Positions 37,841-51,500 of a DNA stretch of 64,000 nt are shown in pieces. Source of the stretch: Salinivirgaceae bacterium (lineage in GTDB: Bacteria > Bacteroidota > Bacteroidia > Bacteroidales > SZUA-534); the NCBI GenBank assembly GCA_024405635.1, contig JAKSOL010000011.1, positions 15,906 through 79,905 on the forward strand, read 5' to 3'. Position 1 is the stretch's first letter. Every line of letters starts with the position of its first letter. The notes beneath the pieces were generated by a model. That model ran no database searches. It saw nothing but the letters and a program-made list of their open reading frames with translations, and was not told the origin of the DNA. A program made the position numbers and the translations under genes.

Positions 37841-39265
37841 ATGCAAAAGAGAACAAAAGTTGTTGATGTACTGAAATCAGGTGCCGTAGGCTCTGAAGTA
37901 GTAGTAATGGGCTGGGTGCGAACAAAACGCGACAGCAAGACCGTAGTGTTTATTGCCATAAACGACGGATCGACCATCAACAATGTGCAAGTAGTGGCTG
38001 ACGTTACCAACTTTGACGAGGAGATGATGAAACAGATAACCACAGGCGCATGCCTTAGCGTTACTGGAACACTTGTTGAAAGCCAAGGCGCTGGTCAAAG
38101 CGTTGAAATTCAGGCTAAAGACATAAAATTGTTTGGTGCTTGCCCTGCTGACTATCCAATGCAGAAAAAGGGACAAAGCATGGAATACATGCGCCAATAT
38201 GCCCACATGCGCTTGCGTACAAACACCTTTGGCGCTGTGATGCGCATTCGCCACAACATGGCATTTGCCATACACAAATTCTTCCACGACAAAGGATTCT
38301 TCTATTTCCACACTCCACTTATCACAGCAAGCGACTGCGAGGGTGCAGGTCAAATGTTTCAGGTTACAACCAAAAACCTATACGACCTGAAAAAAGACGA
38401 AAAAGGTTCAATTATATACGACGACGATTTCTTTGGCAAGCAAGCATCGCTTACAGTGAGCGGACAGCTTGAGGGCGAACTTGGCGCTACTGCATTGGGT
38501 CAGATTTACACATTTGGTCCAACATTCCGTGCCGAAAATTCAAACACTCCACGCCACTTGGCCGAGTTCTGGATGATTGAACCTGAGGTTTGTTTCTACG
38601 ACATGGACGACCTTATGAATCTTGAGGAAGAATTTATTAAACATTGCGTTAAATGGGCTCTTGACAATTGTAAAGACGACCTTGAGTTCCTTAACAAGAT
38701 GATAGACAAAGGTTTGTTGGAGCGTTTGAATAGCGTAATCAATACTGAATTTGTTCGCCTACCATACACCAAAGGCATCGAAATTCTGCAAGAAGCCATT
38801 AAGAATGGCCGCAAGTTTGAGTTCCCATGCAACTGGGGCGACGACTTGGCATCGGAGCACGAGCGCTACTTGGTTGAAGAGCATTTCAAAAAGCCAGTAA
38901 TAATGACCAACTATCCAAAGGCAATTAAGGCCTTCTACATGAAGATAGACGAGAAGAAACCTATTTACAACGGCAAGGAAATGGAAGAAACCGTTCAAGG
39001 TACCGACGTATTGTTCCCACAAATTGGCGAGATTATAGGTGGCTCTGTTCGCGAGGAAAGCTACGACAAACTAATTGGCGAAATAAATGCCCGCAACATT
39101 CCAATGAAAGACATGTGGTGGTATCTTGACACCCGCAAGTTTGGTAGCTGCCCACACGCTGGCTTTGGCTTAGGATTTGAACGTCTTATGTTGTTTGTAA
39201 CAGGTATGGCCAACATTCGCGACGTTATTCCTTTCCCACGTACACCAAAGAACGCTGAATTCTAA
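37841..39265 (+). CDS. asnS: Asparagine--tRNA ligase
   Basis: [22 protein letters not shown], motif 2 [21 protein letters not shown], motif 3 [12 protein letters not shown]. Confidence 0.98.
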   Translation: MQKRTKVVDVLKSGAVGSEVVVMGWVRTKRDSKTVVFIAINDGSTINNVQVVADVTNFDEEMMKQITTGACLSVTGTLVESQGAGQSVEIQAKDIKLFGACPADYPMQKKGQSMEYMRQYAHMRLRTNTFGAVMRIRHNMAFAIHKFFHDKGFFYFHTPLITASDCEGAGQMFQVTTKNLYDLKKDEKGSIIYDDDFFGKQASLTVSGQLEGELGATALGQIYTFGPTFRAENSNTPRHLAEFWMIEPEVCFYDMDDLMNLEEEFIKHCVKWALDNCKDDLEFLNKMIDKGLLERLNSVINTEFVRLPYTKGIEILQEAIKNGRKFEFPCNWGDDLASEHERYLVEEHFKKPVIMTNYPKAIKAFYMKIDEKKPIYNGKEMEETVQGTDVLFPQIGEIIGGSVREESYDKLIGEINARNIPMKDMWWYLDTRKFGSCPHAGFGLGFERLMLFVTGMANIRDVIPFPRTPKNAEF

Positions 39266-39292
39266 TAGCAATTAAAATACCTTTATTTGCAC

Positions 39293-39328
39293 AACCGTTG
39301 TTGGCCTTTGCTAGCAACGGTTTTTTTT
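39293..39328 (+). terminator. Intrinsic terminator after asnS
   Basis: AACCGTTGTTGGC-CTTT-GCTAGCAACGGTT followed by a T-run. Confidence 0.85.
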
Positions 39329-39484
39329 ATAAAGGGAAACCATCTATGATTTATTTTATATCTAGACATATCGCTATTATTCGCTAAAACAGAGCAAACA
39401 AGCATAGTAAGTTAAACAATATGTAATATTTATCATAATTTATATGGCATATATTTTTATGATGAATAGTATATATTGTGAAAC

Positions 39485-39521
39485 AAAAAAAGCGCCCCGA
39501 CTAGTTAGTCGAGGCGCTTTT
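39485..39521 (-). terminator. Intrinsic terminator of the giant T9SS gene
   Basis: AAAAAAAGCGCC-C-CGACTA...TAGTCG-A-GGCGCTTTT just past the stop codon. Confidence 0.85.
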
Positions 39522-39542
39522 GGTATTAACTAAAGCAACGTA

Positions 39543-42500
39543 TTACTGAACCACAAAAATTTGAGTTAAGCTATTGTTGCTTGTAGTAATCTTAATGATG
39601 TATGCACCTTGAGTAAGGTTCCAGTCGGCGGCTGATAGCTCAACTACCGAATCGGTTACCATTGCAGTTTTGCTGATAATGGTAGCACCGTATGCGTTGC
39701 AAACTGTGTAAGTAAACTCGCCAGTTACTCCGCTAATAGTGAACTTAATTTGTTCGGCCTTTCCTGGATTTGGCACAATACTCAAATTTAATTGCTGAGT
39801 TTGTGAGCCAAATGTTACACTAACCCAATCGGAAGAAACGCGTGTGGTGCCATCGTTATCGGTTTGCAACAAACGATAGTAATGTGTGCCGTTAGTTTGA
39901 TTCAAAATAAAGCAACTGTAGTTGAAACCAGATTCGGTTTCGCCAAGCGAAGCAACGGTTGCAACAGTATCAATTGTTGATGCAAAACGATGTTCAACGC
40001 TAAAGTGGTGATTGTTGTGCTCGGTAGCTGTTTCCCACTCAACAATAGCATCGTTTGTACCACGTGCCGATACATTGAAACTTACCAACTCAATTGGCAA
40101 TGGGTTAACATCGGCATCGAGCGAACCAAATGTAATAGGAGTTGGTGTTGCTGCTTTGCTACCATAAGGCGGCACAAAACTGATTTTAGACGCTGACTTA
40201 ACAAAGCCTGTAAGGTCGCCGTTAAGTTGGCTCGATGTGCGGCCTTTGTTCTTCCACTTGCTGTCCTCGGCTACAGCCACGCAGAGTTTTTCGTGGTCTG
40301 AAATTTGACTGCGCGCAGTGTCTTGCCAATAAAGTGTGATATATGGGTTACCTGAACCAGAACGCGAAAGCGACCAATACTCAATAACACCAGCACGGAA
40401 CATTCCGTTTGATTGGTCAACCTCCATGCGAGCATGACCACCGCTGCTGTATTGAGCTGCAAAAGTTGCTGAAGTTCCACCTGTTAATCCCCAAATACCA
40501 ATTGGCGCATATATGCCATCGGAACCAATTGGGAATACAAAATCGGTCGAACCAGTTTTTTGCATCGAACCATCGATGTATGATTTTATACCGCCATTTC
40601 GCAATGTTGAAGTGCTCTCCATCGATATTTCTTTACCTGCTGAGGTTCTTACAATACCATTAACCAGATCAAGTGTATGCTCTATTTTTACTTGCGAATT
40701 GGTAGTAAGCAACACGCGAGGTTCTTCGGGCTCCAAATGATCGTGAATAGTAAGATTATAGAACTTACGTGTTTCGGTAATGGTTTGTGGAGTAGTGCCA
40801 TCGGTAGAGCCACATAGAACCAAAGTACTGGTTTGGCATTCAAAACGTCCGCTAGTTGACCAGTTGCCATATAGGCTAATTGTGTTTGAACCTGCATACA
40901 AGTTGGTGTTTGTACCTAAAGTTAGGCTTCCTTTTACAACAATATCAGATGTCAAAGTTTTGTATGCAACCTCGCGAGCGTTTTTACCACCCGAAAGTAC
41001 GATATTGTAACATTCGTTAATGGCAACGTTTTGTTCATACTCGGTGCTTATTTTAACTGTTGATGCATGGGCTGCCGAAACAGTTGCGTTTCCAGCGTCC
41101 ACATCGCGGCTAAATATGATTGTAGAACCTTCGCCAAGTATAAGTTCAGCACCTTCAGCAATTGATGCATTGCCATGCACTGTAAATGTTTTTCCCGCAG
41201 CAAGTTCAAATTTACCGCCAGCCTCAACAATAAGGTCGTAACATGCACTTACATTGTTGGTAATAATAGGATGCTTTTGATTATCGGCAATTGCAGGAAT
41301 AAGAACGTTGGTTGTGCTATTTGGTGCATAGTTTGGTTTATTCATAACCCAGCTACTGCCATTTTCATAATCGGTGGTGGTGCTAGCAACATTCCACTTA
41401 ATGGTTGGATAGGTGTAGCCAAATGTAAATGCTCCAAAGCCCTCAACTGGATTTTCTGTAGCAACATAACCAGCACTGTAGTCGCCACCTTCAGGAATTG
41501 AATGAACATCTTGATCCTCTTGTTCGCCTTGAGTTTGCCATTTGCCAACAGTTTCGTTGTATCGGCTTACCGAAATAACATCAACATCGGCAATCTCGCT
41601 ATAGTCGCTATCGAGCCAGTAGAGCGATACTTTTGGAACTGCACTACCGCTTGTGCGATTAATTGTCCAATATTCTTTACCGCTCAAACGGTTAATCATG
41701 CGGTCCATTTTGTCGATATTGCTTGGACTACTATTGAAGTATTGTGCAGATAGTGTTGTAGCTGTTCCTAAATCGCTTACTCCAATTGGAGCATAGCGGT
41801 CGCTTGAACCGATTGGGAAGATAAAGTCGTCGGAACCAACTTTTTCAACCTTACCATTGATGTAGCTTTGTTGGCTTGCACCAGTAATGGTACAACCTGC
41901 AAGAAGCTTAACAGGGTTTGAAGTGTTACCTTTAAGTACACCGTCAATCAACTCAAGGCTGTTTGTAATGGTAATGGCCTGTGTTGCTGTAAATGCAGGG
42001 GTTGATGCGGTACTATTGAATACTAAATTGGTAAATGTTTCGGCTTTAGTTATTGACTGGTTAGCAGTTCCACAGAAGATTACTTTACCAGTACCGCCGT
42101 GGAAATTATTAGCATATCCACCGCGAGCCGAGCCTAACCATCCGCCTTTAACCATAATATCGGCAGTTGGAACTTGAATATCGGCCCAAGGCGAGAAGTC
42201 GCCCAAGATGGTTATGTTAGGATTGATGGTTTTTGCACCTGAACCGCTAATAATTAAGTTGTAGAAGGTTAAGTCGTTGTTTGATGATATTTGCTGAGCA
42301 GCTGCTCCATTTAACTTAACAGTACCCCTACCGTGACGGAACTCACCGCTAGTTTTTTCAAAGTTGCCACCTATGATTAGTGTGGTTCCGTTGCAATCGA
42401 CAATACCACCGCTAATAACAAAGTCATTTTCAATCTCCATATCGAATCCTGGTTCAAGAGTGAAAGTAACTTGAGATGCCCCAACATTGTTAACCTCAAA

Positions 42501-45500
42501 GTTGTAGAACGAATTACCGTTCATCTCAATGTTTCGGTTTACACTTGATTTCCAAACTACAGTTGAAGAGCCGCCGTGGTCAAAATGACCATTGTTTGAC
42601 AATTGGGCACCAATGGTGATTGTAGATGGATTTATGCCGTCTGAAGCAACGAATGTGGCATTTTCGGCAATAGATAATGAGTTTAGAACATTAAGATCCA
42701 TACCACCACCTATGGTAAGTGTAGCACCTGGATAAACGTCAATACTTTGAGCACTATTATCGGTTCCAGCTGCAAGTACAGGATAAATATTGCTACCGGC
42801 ACTCACGTCAGGAATAAATACGCGAGTATCTTCATTGGGAACACCACCACTACCAAGTTGGTTATCCCAGTTGTTAGCATTATCCCAACGGTTACCTCGA
42901 GGGTCAACAGCCGATACCTCGTCGCCACCCCAATGGTTACCACCAACCCAGTAGAGCACTGCGCTAGTGTATGACCAAGTTACAGCACCTGTAGTAGCCG
43001 ATGAGTTATCGTTCTCAAAATAGTAACCTGCTACTACACCAATTGCGTCAACAACGTTAATTACACCAGTGGTAGCTGATTCGTTACGAGAAACATTGTA
43101 ACGTGGACCTTTGTTGAAGAATAGGTTTACAAGGTTAATTGTACCTGAGAAACTATTTTCAAAAGTCAAATACTGACCTCCAGGTTGACCACCAATAAAC
43201 TGTCCGTTTGAAAGGTTTCTAGTTTGGTCGGTTGAAAGTATTGAACCCTCTTTAAAGCAAACACCATTAACATTAATGTTGCTCACTTTGTAATAGCTGG
43301 CTTGCATTTCGCCGCCCGCATTAATTGTAATTGAGTAGTATTTATTATTCTCTTGCGAGCAGAAGATAGCCTCGTGGTTTTCTTCGCCAATAGCCGATAG
43401 CAAACCACCACTCATTACATTAATTGCGGCATTAGCACCAACAGCCAAAGTTGCATCGCTACTTAAATACAATTTTCCATTTATATCGGCCTTATCGGCA
43501 CCAGTACCATCACCAAGATAAATGGTGTTTGCTGTAGCCGATAACGAACCTGCGTTAATAGATAAAATGTGGTCAATGTGCAAATCGGAATCAAGATGAT
43601 AGTCGCCGCCATTAAGGTTCATGTTGTAGAACGAACTTCGACCTGAATTAATAATGTTGCCACTTGTACCAGTAAAGGTAATTGCAGCCGAGCGAGCCAC
43701 AAAGTTTCCATTATTAATAAAGCTACCACCCAACACTATTTCGTAGTTGCTTGATGTTACATCGAGTGTACCGTTTTCAATAGTCAAATTGCCATTGATT
43801 GATGTCTTGCTAAGTATTTGTACTATTCCGTTGTTGTTAATAACCAAGTTGTTGAACTTTGAACTGCGTTGTTGAATGTTTTTAGCACCTACTCCAAGGA
43901 AAGAAATGGTGCCCAATCCTTCGGCATTAGGAATAAATGTGCCGTATGTTCCTAGAGCCCAACTTCCAAACACATCGATATTGTCGTATGAACCCGATGA
44001 CTGGATGGTTCCGTTAAGAGTAACATCGCTCAAAACAGTAAGGGCTATAGTGTCTTTAACATTATTGTTTATAAACAACATACCATTTGCCTCAACAGTT
44101 AGTCCTTTGGTAATGGCGCCTTGCTTTTTAATATATGGCAAGAATCCACCTCTTGAACGAGGAATAACAACAATTGAGTGTTCATCTGGGATGCGTTCAG
44201 CGCCATCGCTTGAAGTCCAGTTTGCAGGATTAAACCAATCGTCGTTACGAGCTCCTGTCCAAGTTAGGGTAACATCGCCAGTCCAATCGACAAGGTTATA
44301 GGTATCGTTTTCAAATTTTGCTCCCGATAGCAAACCTGTGGCGTTATACATTTCTATCTTACCTGTCGACGACTCGGTTTTCTTAATGTTAACGCAACCG
44401 CCGCCAGGGTTTTGTGGGAACGATATGTTTTCAATTCGGTTGCCACCCGACTCGCGGTCACCGTAAAATTCTTGGTTGTTGCGGAAGTCGATGCAAGCAC
44501 CACCCGAAACCATTCCAGTAAACACACCGTTGCTAAAGTTGTAATAGTCGTCAATTTTAGCGCCTTGCGATATTAACACACCGGTTTTAGCAAGGTTGCT
44601 AAAGCTATAGTTTTGAATAGCAATGTTACCGCCATTCTCAACAACAAAGAAGTAACGACCTGTTGTTATGCTAGTAATATTTGCATAGTTTGACTGTGTA
44701 CCGATGATTGAAATCAAACCTCCGTTTTTAACCGCAACTGTTGTTTGATCGCTTAAGCGCATTGTCTCGCCTGCTTGCATGTAGTATTTGCCAAAGATGT
44801 TTACGTTGTCGTAGCCGTCGCCAAATTTTACATCGTTACCGTTTTGGTAGAACTTACCAGCTTGCAAAGTGAAGTTGGTTACAATCTCTAAATCGTCGGC
44901 AAGTTTGAACGAGCAATTTTCGCCGTTTATCACAGCCTCACGAATTTTTGAACCATTGGTGCGAATCATACATTCACCATTTGGTTTTATAAAGTGATAG
45001 ATACCAGTTTGGTAAATGCTACCAGAACCAATAACCATCATGTCGCCCGACAAATAAACGTTGTAGCCGTTGTAGCAATACATGTTACCACTATTTATGG
45101 TAAGCGATCCTTTTATTATAACATCGGTGGTGTAGAAGTAAACGTAAATTTTGGTTGCTCCTACCACTTGACTAATGTTTATGTCGTAAAATGGGTTTTC
45201 AACTTGCGTGCCCAAATAAACATATTGGTTAGTGTTACCATTAAAGAATACGGTTCCAGTACCTGGAATAAATGTGCCATTGGTACGGTTGTTCCAGTTT
45301 TGACCAATAGTAATGTTTTTGCCATCAGCATTAAGAGTACCACCATTTTCGTTAAAGGTAAGGTCTTTCAAAATAGTGATATCACCCTCAAGTGTTTTGG
45401 TTGTGGTGCTGCTCAAGTACAAGTATCCGTATGTTGCTGCACGAATTACTTGGTCAACTGCACCAGTGTAATATGTGTAACTTGTGGTTGTTGCTGTGTA

Positions 45501-48500
45501 ATCACTAAATCGTGGATAGTTATCGGCACCTTTTGCATAAACACGCGAATTTTCTAAATGATCAAAAACTCCAGGGCCTGTAATTGTGTAAACATCAAGA
45601 TCAACATAATATGAACTGATAGTGAGGTTTCCATTTACATTTATATCGCCTCGCAAATATTTGTATTGATTGTCGGTGGCCGAACGCCTACCAAATTCAA
45701 GATTATGGAAATTACTTGCGTATAGGTATTGTGTACCTCCATCGAATACAATTGTACCTGTACCCACATAGTTGCCGGCTCCAGACCAACAATATCCACG
45801 GAAGTGGTGTGTGTTACCGCCATCGTTAAATGTGGCACTGGCATCAATTAATACATTACCTTTAATTTCGAGTTCGCAACCTGGAGCTACACTCAATGTA
45901 GCACCTGCATCAACCCAAAGTGTTGAATATGTTCCTAACTCGTTGTTACTTAGAGTATTGTTTGTGTAGTAGGTGTTAAATGTACCACTAAGTGTTTTTG
46001 TACCGCTTTCAGAGAATTTTACACGGTTAAAGTTTCCATTTACAATGGTTTGGTCGGCTCCACAGAACTTAACCCAACCTGTATTAATTGAACTATTGAA
46101 TTGTCCTTCGTCTGCAATTTTGTAGTTACCTTTAATATTATATGTGTAACTGCTGGTTGCTGGTGTAACTTTTCCTCTGTTTATTGTAAAGTTTCCATCA
46201 AAATTGATTGTTGTACCAATGAGTGAGAAGGTTGCACCGCCATTAAATTCAACATTGTTAAAGTTTGATTTGCGAGGAGTGATGTTTACGTTGCCTGATT
46301 CTCCATCAAAACTAACAGTACTGTTGTTTGCAATAAAGTGACCGTGGCTTGCTATGGTCCAAGCATTTGCAACTTTTATACAAACGTCATCTTCAACCGA
46401 GAATACACCACCGTCGCCAATGTTTACCGAGCCGTATATGTTAAACTCGCGGATTCCGCGTTCAATTGACAACATACCGTTAGTCAATGTTAAATCTTTA
46501 CACTCAGCACCCTCTTTATAAATAGCAGGAGCGTTGGTAGCCATTGGAATTACTACTGATTTGTCGCGGTTTGGACAAATTGCTGGCTGCCAGTTTTGAG
46601 GATTGAACCAATCTGAACTTACTTTACCTGTCCATGTAATAACCGATACAGTAGGCCAATTTATTTTATCGGCAAGGTCGCATTCGTAAGTTTCGCCTCC
46701 CAATATGCCGTTAATTTGCCCATCGAATGTAATTGCATTTTCTAAGGTTTCGCTTCGTTTTACGTTATAGTGATAACCAACGGTTGGGGTGCCTCCATGG
46801 TTAAACACAACATCAACAATTGGTGGCAATTCATAGTCAATGTTTAAATCGAGATAATAGAATTTGTCATAAACAGTAACCTTATCAACAGGGCTGGTGA
46901 ATGTTTTACTTGTGTACATGTTTGACCAAATACCTGAGCTAAAGTTGTAATCGTTGTTTACACGAGCACCTGGCATAACCACCAAACCTTGTGGTGCCAA
47001 ATACTGAATGTGATAGTACTTGGCTGCAATTTCGCCTCCTGGGTGAATGTTTATTTCGGTACCACGGCCATCGTAGCCAACTGAGCGACCAATAATAGCA
47101 TAGTCGCTAGAGCTACCTACAACTGTTAGTTTACCATAAACATCAAGGTGGGTATTACCATCGTATTGGTTAAACTGCAACGATGCACGCTCGTTAATGT
47201 TAAGTTCGCCGCCTACTTCAACTACAATGCTCTCGCCGTCGGTTACATAAGGAGCTTCAACCATATCGGGGTCGTTGTCGCCTGCTATCATAATATTGCT
47301 ATTAAGCAACACTTTAGCACCACGACCAATGGTCATGCTCTCTTTGAAACCAAGTTGGTCAAGTTGAGCAAATGTAGCATCCTCGGTGTTAGTTTGGTTA
47401 AACTTAACCACATTGAAGTACGATGTGTTTGTCTTTATGGTTTTGCTTGCTACACTTGGCGACTCAAACAACACTGTACCATCGTATGAGTAAAACGAAC
47501 CGTTGTTTTCCCAGTTTCCGTTTACTGTAATGGTGTAAGCATTGCTACCAGAACGGCAGGTGCGGAAACCAATACCTTCGTCAACAGTAAGATTGTTTAC
47601 TGTAATGTCGCCATTCATCCATTTTGTACTAGTATTTGCAAAACGAATGTCTTGACAAGTTAAAGCAGGAATATCTTGGTCGCCAGCGCGGTCAAATGTC
47701 AAATTTGCCAACTCGGTGCGCCATGTGCAATTGTCGCCCAAAGCTATTTGTGCCGATGCTATGGTATGCGATAATGCGCCCATGTCAAGTGTGGCATTTG
47801 CTCCAATTGTAAATGTGCCATTGCCAATATCAAGACCATTGCCCGAAATTGTTACATCGGCATTTGGAGCAACGTTGAGTGCATATATATTATTGGTACC
47901 CGCATTGATAGTTTGAGGTAGTTCGCCGCAGAAGTTAAACATTCCTCCATAGTGGTAAAGTTCACCATGGTTATCAATTCGTTCACCTGAGAAGAACACA
48001 TTGTCGTTTGTACTGAATTTTGAGCCTTCGTTAATGGTCAAATTACCAGTAATGTTTATGTTGGTTTCGTTAAATTCTTTAGTGCCCGAGCCTCCTACTT
48101 CAACATTTTTAAAGTTGAGCGATGTATATGCACCTTCGGCAATAATGGTTTGGTCAACATCGCCAATAAAGTGAACGGTGCTTGATGCTTGATATTGACG
48201 GAACTCGTTTGTAGCACCGCCAAAGAATAAATCAAAACCGTTGTCTTCAAAAATAATGTCGTTGGCATACTCGCGGAACGTGCCTCTAACGTGTAGTTCG
48301 CCATCGGGACGAATAGTACGCACATAGTTGTCGTAAAGCAACAAACTACCATACTCAACACCTGCAAAAATGGTTTGGTTTGATGTTCCACGTATATAAG
48401 TGGTGTTGCTCTCGGCAATGTCGTAGTGAGCAAATCCTTCGGGGAAAGCTACACCAGCGGTGTCGGCAACATAACTATACAACCAACTTGAGTTACCTAT

Positions 48501-51500
48501 TTTGAATGTTTTATCGTCGGCAATACACTTAATGGTATATGCTTGCATGTTAAGGTTGGTTTCGTCGGCAAGGATAAGGTTGCCTGTCATTTTTAGGTTA
48601 TTGTTAGCAGTAAGGTTGCCTGTTCCTTGTTTTTCAATGTTGCAGAAGTCGGTCAGTCGCGAGTCAATGCTCCAACCTGTACCAACTTGAACAACTGTAC
48701 CATTGTCGCCCCACTTAATTTGATGACATTTATTTGCAGTGCCTATTCCACCGGTAAGAGTAATAGTGTGGCTATCGACATTTAATATGGTAAGCGAGTC
48801 GTTAACGTAAAGGCTACCACGAACAGTAATGTCGCCTAACAATGTTTTTTCGTTGGTTCCGTTAAATGTTACATGGTCGTGGTTGTAAACATAAAGCGAG
48901 TAGTAGTCGGCTGGTTGAATAACCTGATCGTGCTCATCGCTATAACGAACAGTTCCGCCAGAAAAATCGAAGCTTGATATGTTTTTTGGGAAGTTGTCGT
49001 AACCGTGAATATAGAATTCGCCGCCTGTCATATTAAACTGGCTTGCAGTTCCCACGCCATTAATCGAACCCATGTTTTCAATACAGAATCCTGTTCCAGA
49101 GTAAATGTTCAAATTACCTTTAATCAAAATTGAATCGTAGCAATATTTTGTTGAGCTACCTTGGAACCATAGGTTGTTAAATGTTGTTGACTGAGTTTTG
49201 CGAGTTTGTGTTTCAACATTATACGACAAACCAATGTAACCTGCGCCACCTGAGAACACTACGGTACCACCACCTGTTTGGTCAAATGCATCAGGACCAA
49301 CGTAGTTGTACCAGCGGCTTGTTCCCGACATAAAGATAAAGTTGGTTTTACCATCAACTGTTGCTTCGTTTTCAATATATAGGTCATGTTTAATGTTTAG
49401 GTTGGCGGCTATTTCCTTTGTGGCTGCACCTTGAAAATGAATGTCGTAGAAAGTTCCGCCGTTTATTACTTGTTTTTTCTCAGCATCGGCGTTGTTAAAG
49501 TATATCACACTGCGGTCGGGGTCAAACTCGCCATCGGTTTCAACAGTCCAATCACCTCCTATGTAAATTCTGTTGTTAGATGCGTTAAAGTGTGCTCCTG
49601 CTATTGTTACATTGCCATTTATATTAATTGTGCTACTCAATGTTAATATACCACCAGAACCATCAACCACCAAGTTGGCCAACTTTTGCGTGTTTGCTGC
49701 TGTGTTAGAGAAGGTTAAACTGTGTAAACCTTCGTCCATGTACATTGTAGCCACTGCATTTTCGTCTTTAACATAGTTTCCAACATTTGACCACGAACCA
49801 CGTAACTTAAGTGAGTTGTTGCCTGCGTTTTGGTTAAGTACAGAGCCTGACTTCATTGTAAAGTCGCCAAACACTTCAAGACCATTGTCGGTTATGCCAT
49901 CGGCGGCTGCTATGGTTAATGTTACTTTGTCGTTAAGAGTTAGATGTCGAGATTTAGCCAAGCCTTGACTAATAATAATTTCATAAGGAACTGCTAGTTG
50001 TGAATTGTCTAGAATTACATCGGTTTCGTTAGTTGGTACTTGATGCCCACTCCAGTTTTCGGGGTTATGCCAGTTTTTATCGCCACTTGCATTTGTCCAC
50101 ACGTAGCCATCGGGCACATTCCAACGAATCAAGTCGTCAGCACAGTCTTTTTCGTACATTGAACCTCCTCTAGTTCCACTAAAGTTTGTAAATGTTACTG
50201 TTCCGTTACCACTTGTGCGCACAACATTATATTTTGGTTGTCCGTTGGCACTTATAAACGATAGGTTATCTATTATAATGCCTGCTCCTAAGTCCAAACC
50301 TGTAAGGGTCATCATTGCGCTTGTAGCAGATGTTCCTGTCATGTTAGCCAATGAACCATTACTAAAGTTGTATGTTGGATCGATGCTACCGCCGCTTATC
50401 AAAATACCCTCATCGCGAGTTCCTTCGATTTTATAGTATTTGGCAGCAAAAACACCTGCTGTTTGCACTATTTTGTAATAGTGACCGGTAATTGCAGGTT
50501 CAATGCGAGCTGGCGCTTGTTCAGTACCAATTAAGTTTATTCGTCCGCCTTTGTTAAACAACGATCTGGTACTATACATACCAAGCACAGCATCGGAATC
50601 TATTGTTAGAACGCCTCCTTTGCCAACATGTATTTGTCCTTGTGAGCTGTTCATGTTCAATGTGTTGTGGTTTAAGCACAACTCTCCTTTTTTAATCCAC
50701 AACAACGAATCAACTGACGAGCCATCGACTTGCACTTTGCTCATCAAATTGTATTTGGCTCCGTTGTTAAGAATAATTTGACGAACTGTGTGTGTTGGTC
50801 CAGGATCGAATTGAAATATCTCTCCTTCAGTTCCTCGCAAATACATGTGTGGGTATCCATTGGCACCATTTTCTGTTGCTCCTGTATAGTGCGAATTCAT
50901 ATTAAAGTTGCCAGCTTCGTTAATCACGTTGCCATAAAAAGCCATGTGATTCCAATAAGAATAAAAAATACCTGCTTTTATGGTAAAGTCGCTCAAAACT
51001 GTAAGGTCGTTTTGGTATTCCTTTATTTTAGAATTGCTGGCCTTGCTTACTGGATAAAGTTGAACGTAGGTCGATTCGGTATTTTTGTTAATCACAAGGT
51101 TATAGAATGCCTTTCCTTCTCGTCCAACGCCATCAATATCAAGCGAATCGCCTGTGTAAAGTTGAGAGTTGTTACCTACTAACGAAACTGTACCCTCACG
51201 TGGAATAAAAGTACCTGTTTGTGTGCGAGCATCGTTCCAAAGATTGTTGCGCCATGCTCCGTTCAAAGTAATGTTGTAACAAGAGCTACCACCATCGGGG
51301 CTTACATCAAGAGTGCCTGTTGGATCAATATATAAAGCTCCTGTAAGGTTTATGTGTCCGTTAAGTTTTTTTACTCCAGTTCCCGAAATGCGAACGGTAT
51401 AAAAATCGGAGTTGTCAATCATTTGGTCGTCGCCATCAAACACAACCTCGCTGCTATGAAGGAACGAACCACCATTGTTAACCCAGTTGCCCGAGATGAG

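Noticed and set aside
39432-39463. AT-rich inverted repeat ATCATAA...TTATGAT as a dif/Xer site
   Set aside because: The arms are 18 nt apart rather than 6 and do not match XerC/XerD arms; likely chance in very AT-rich DNA.
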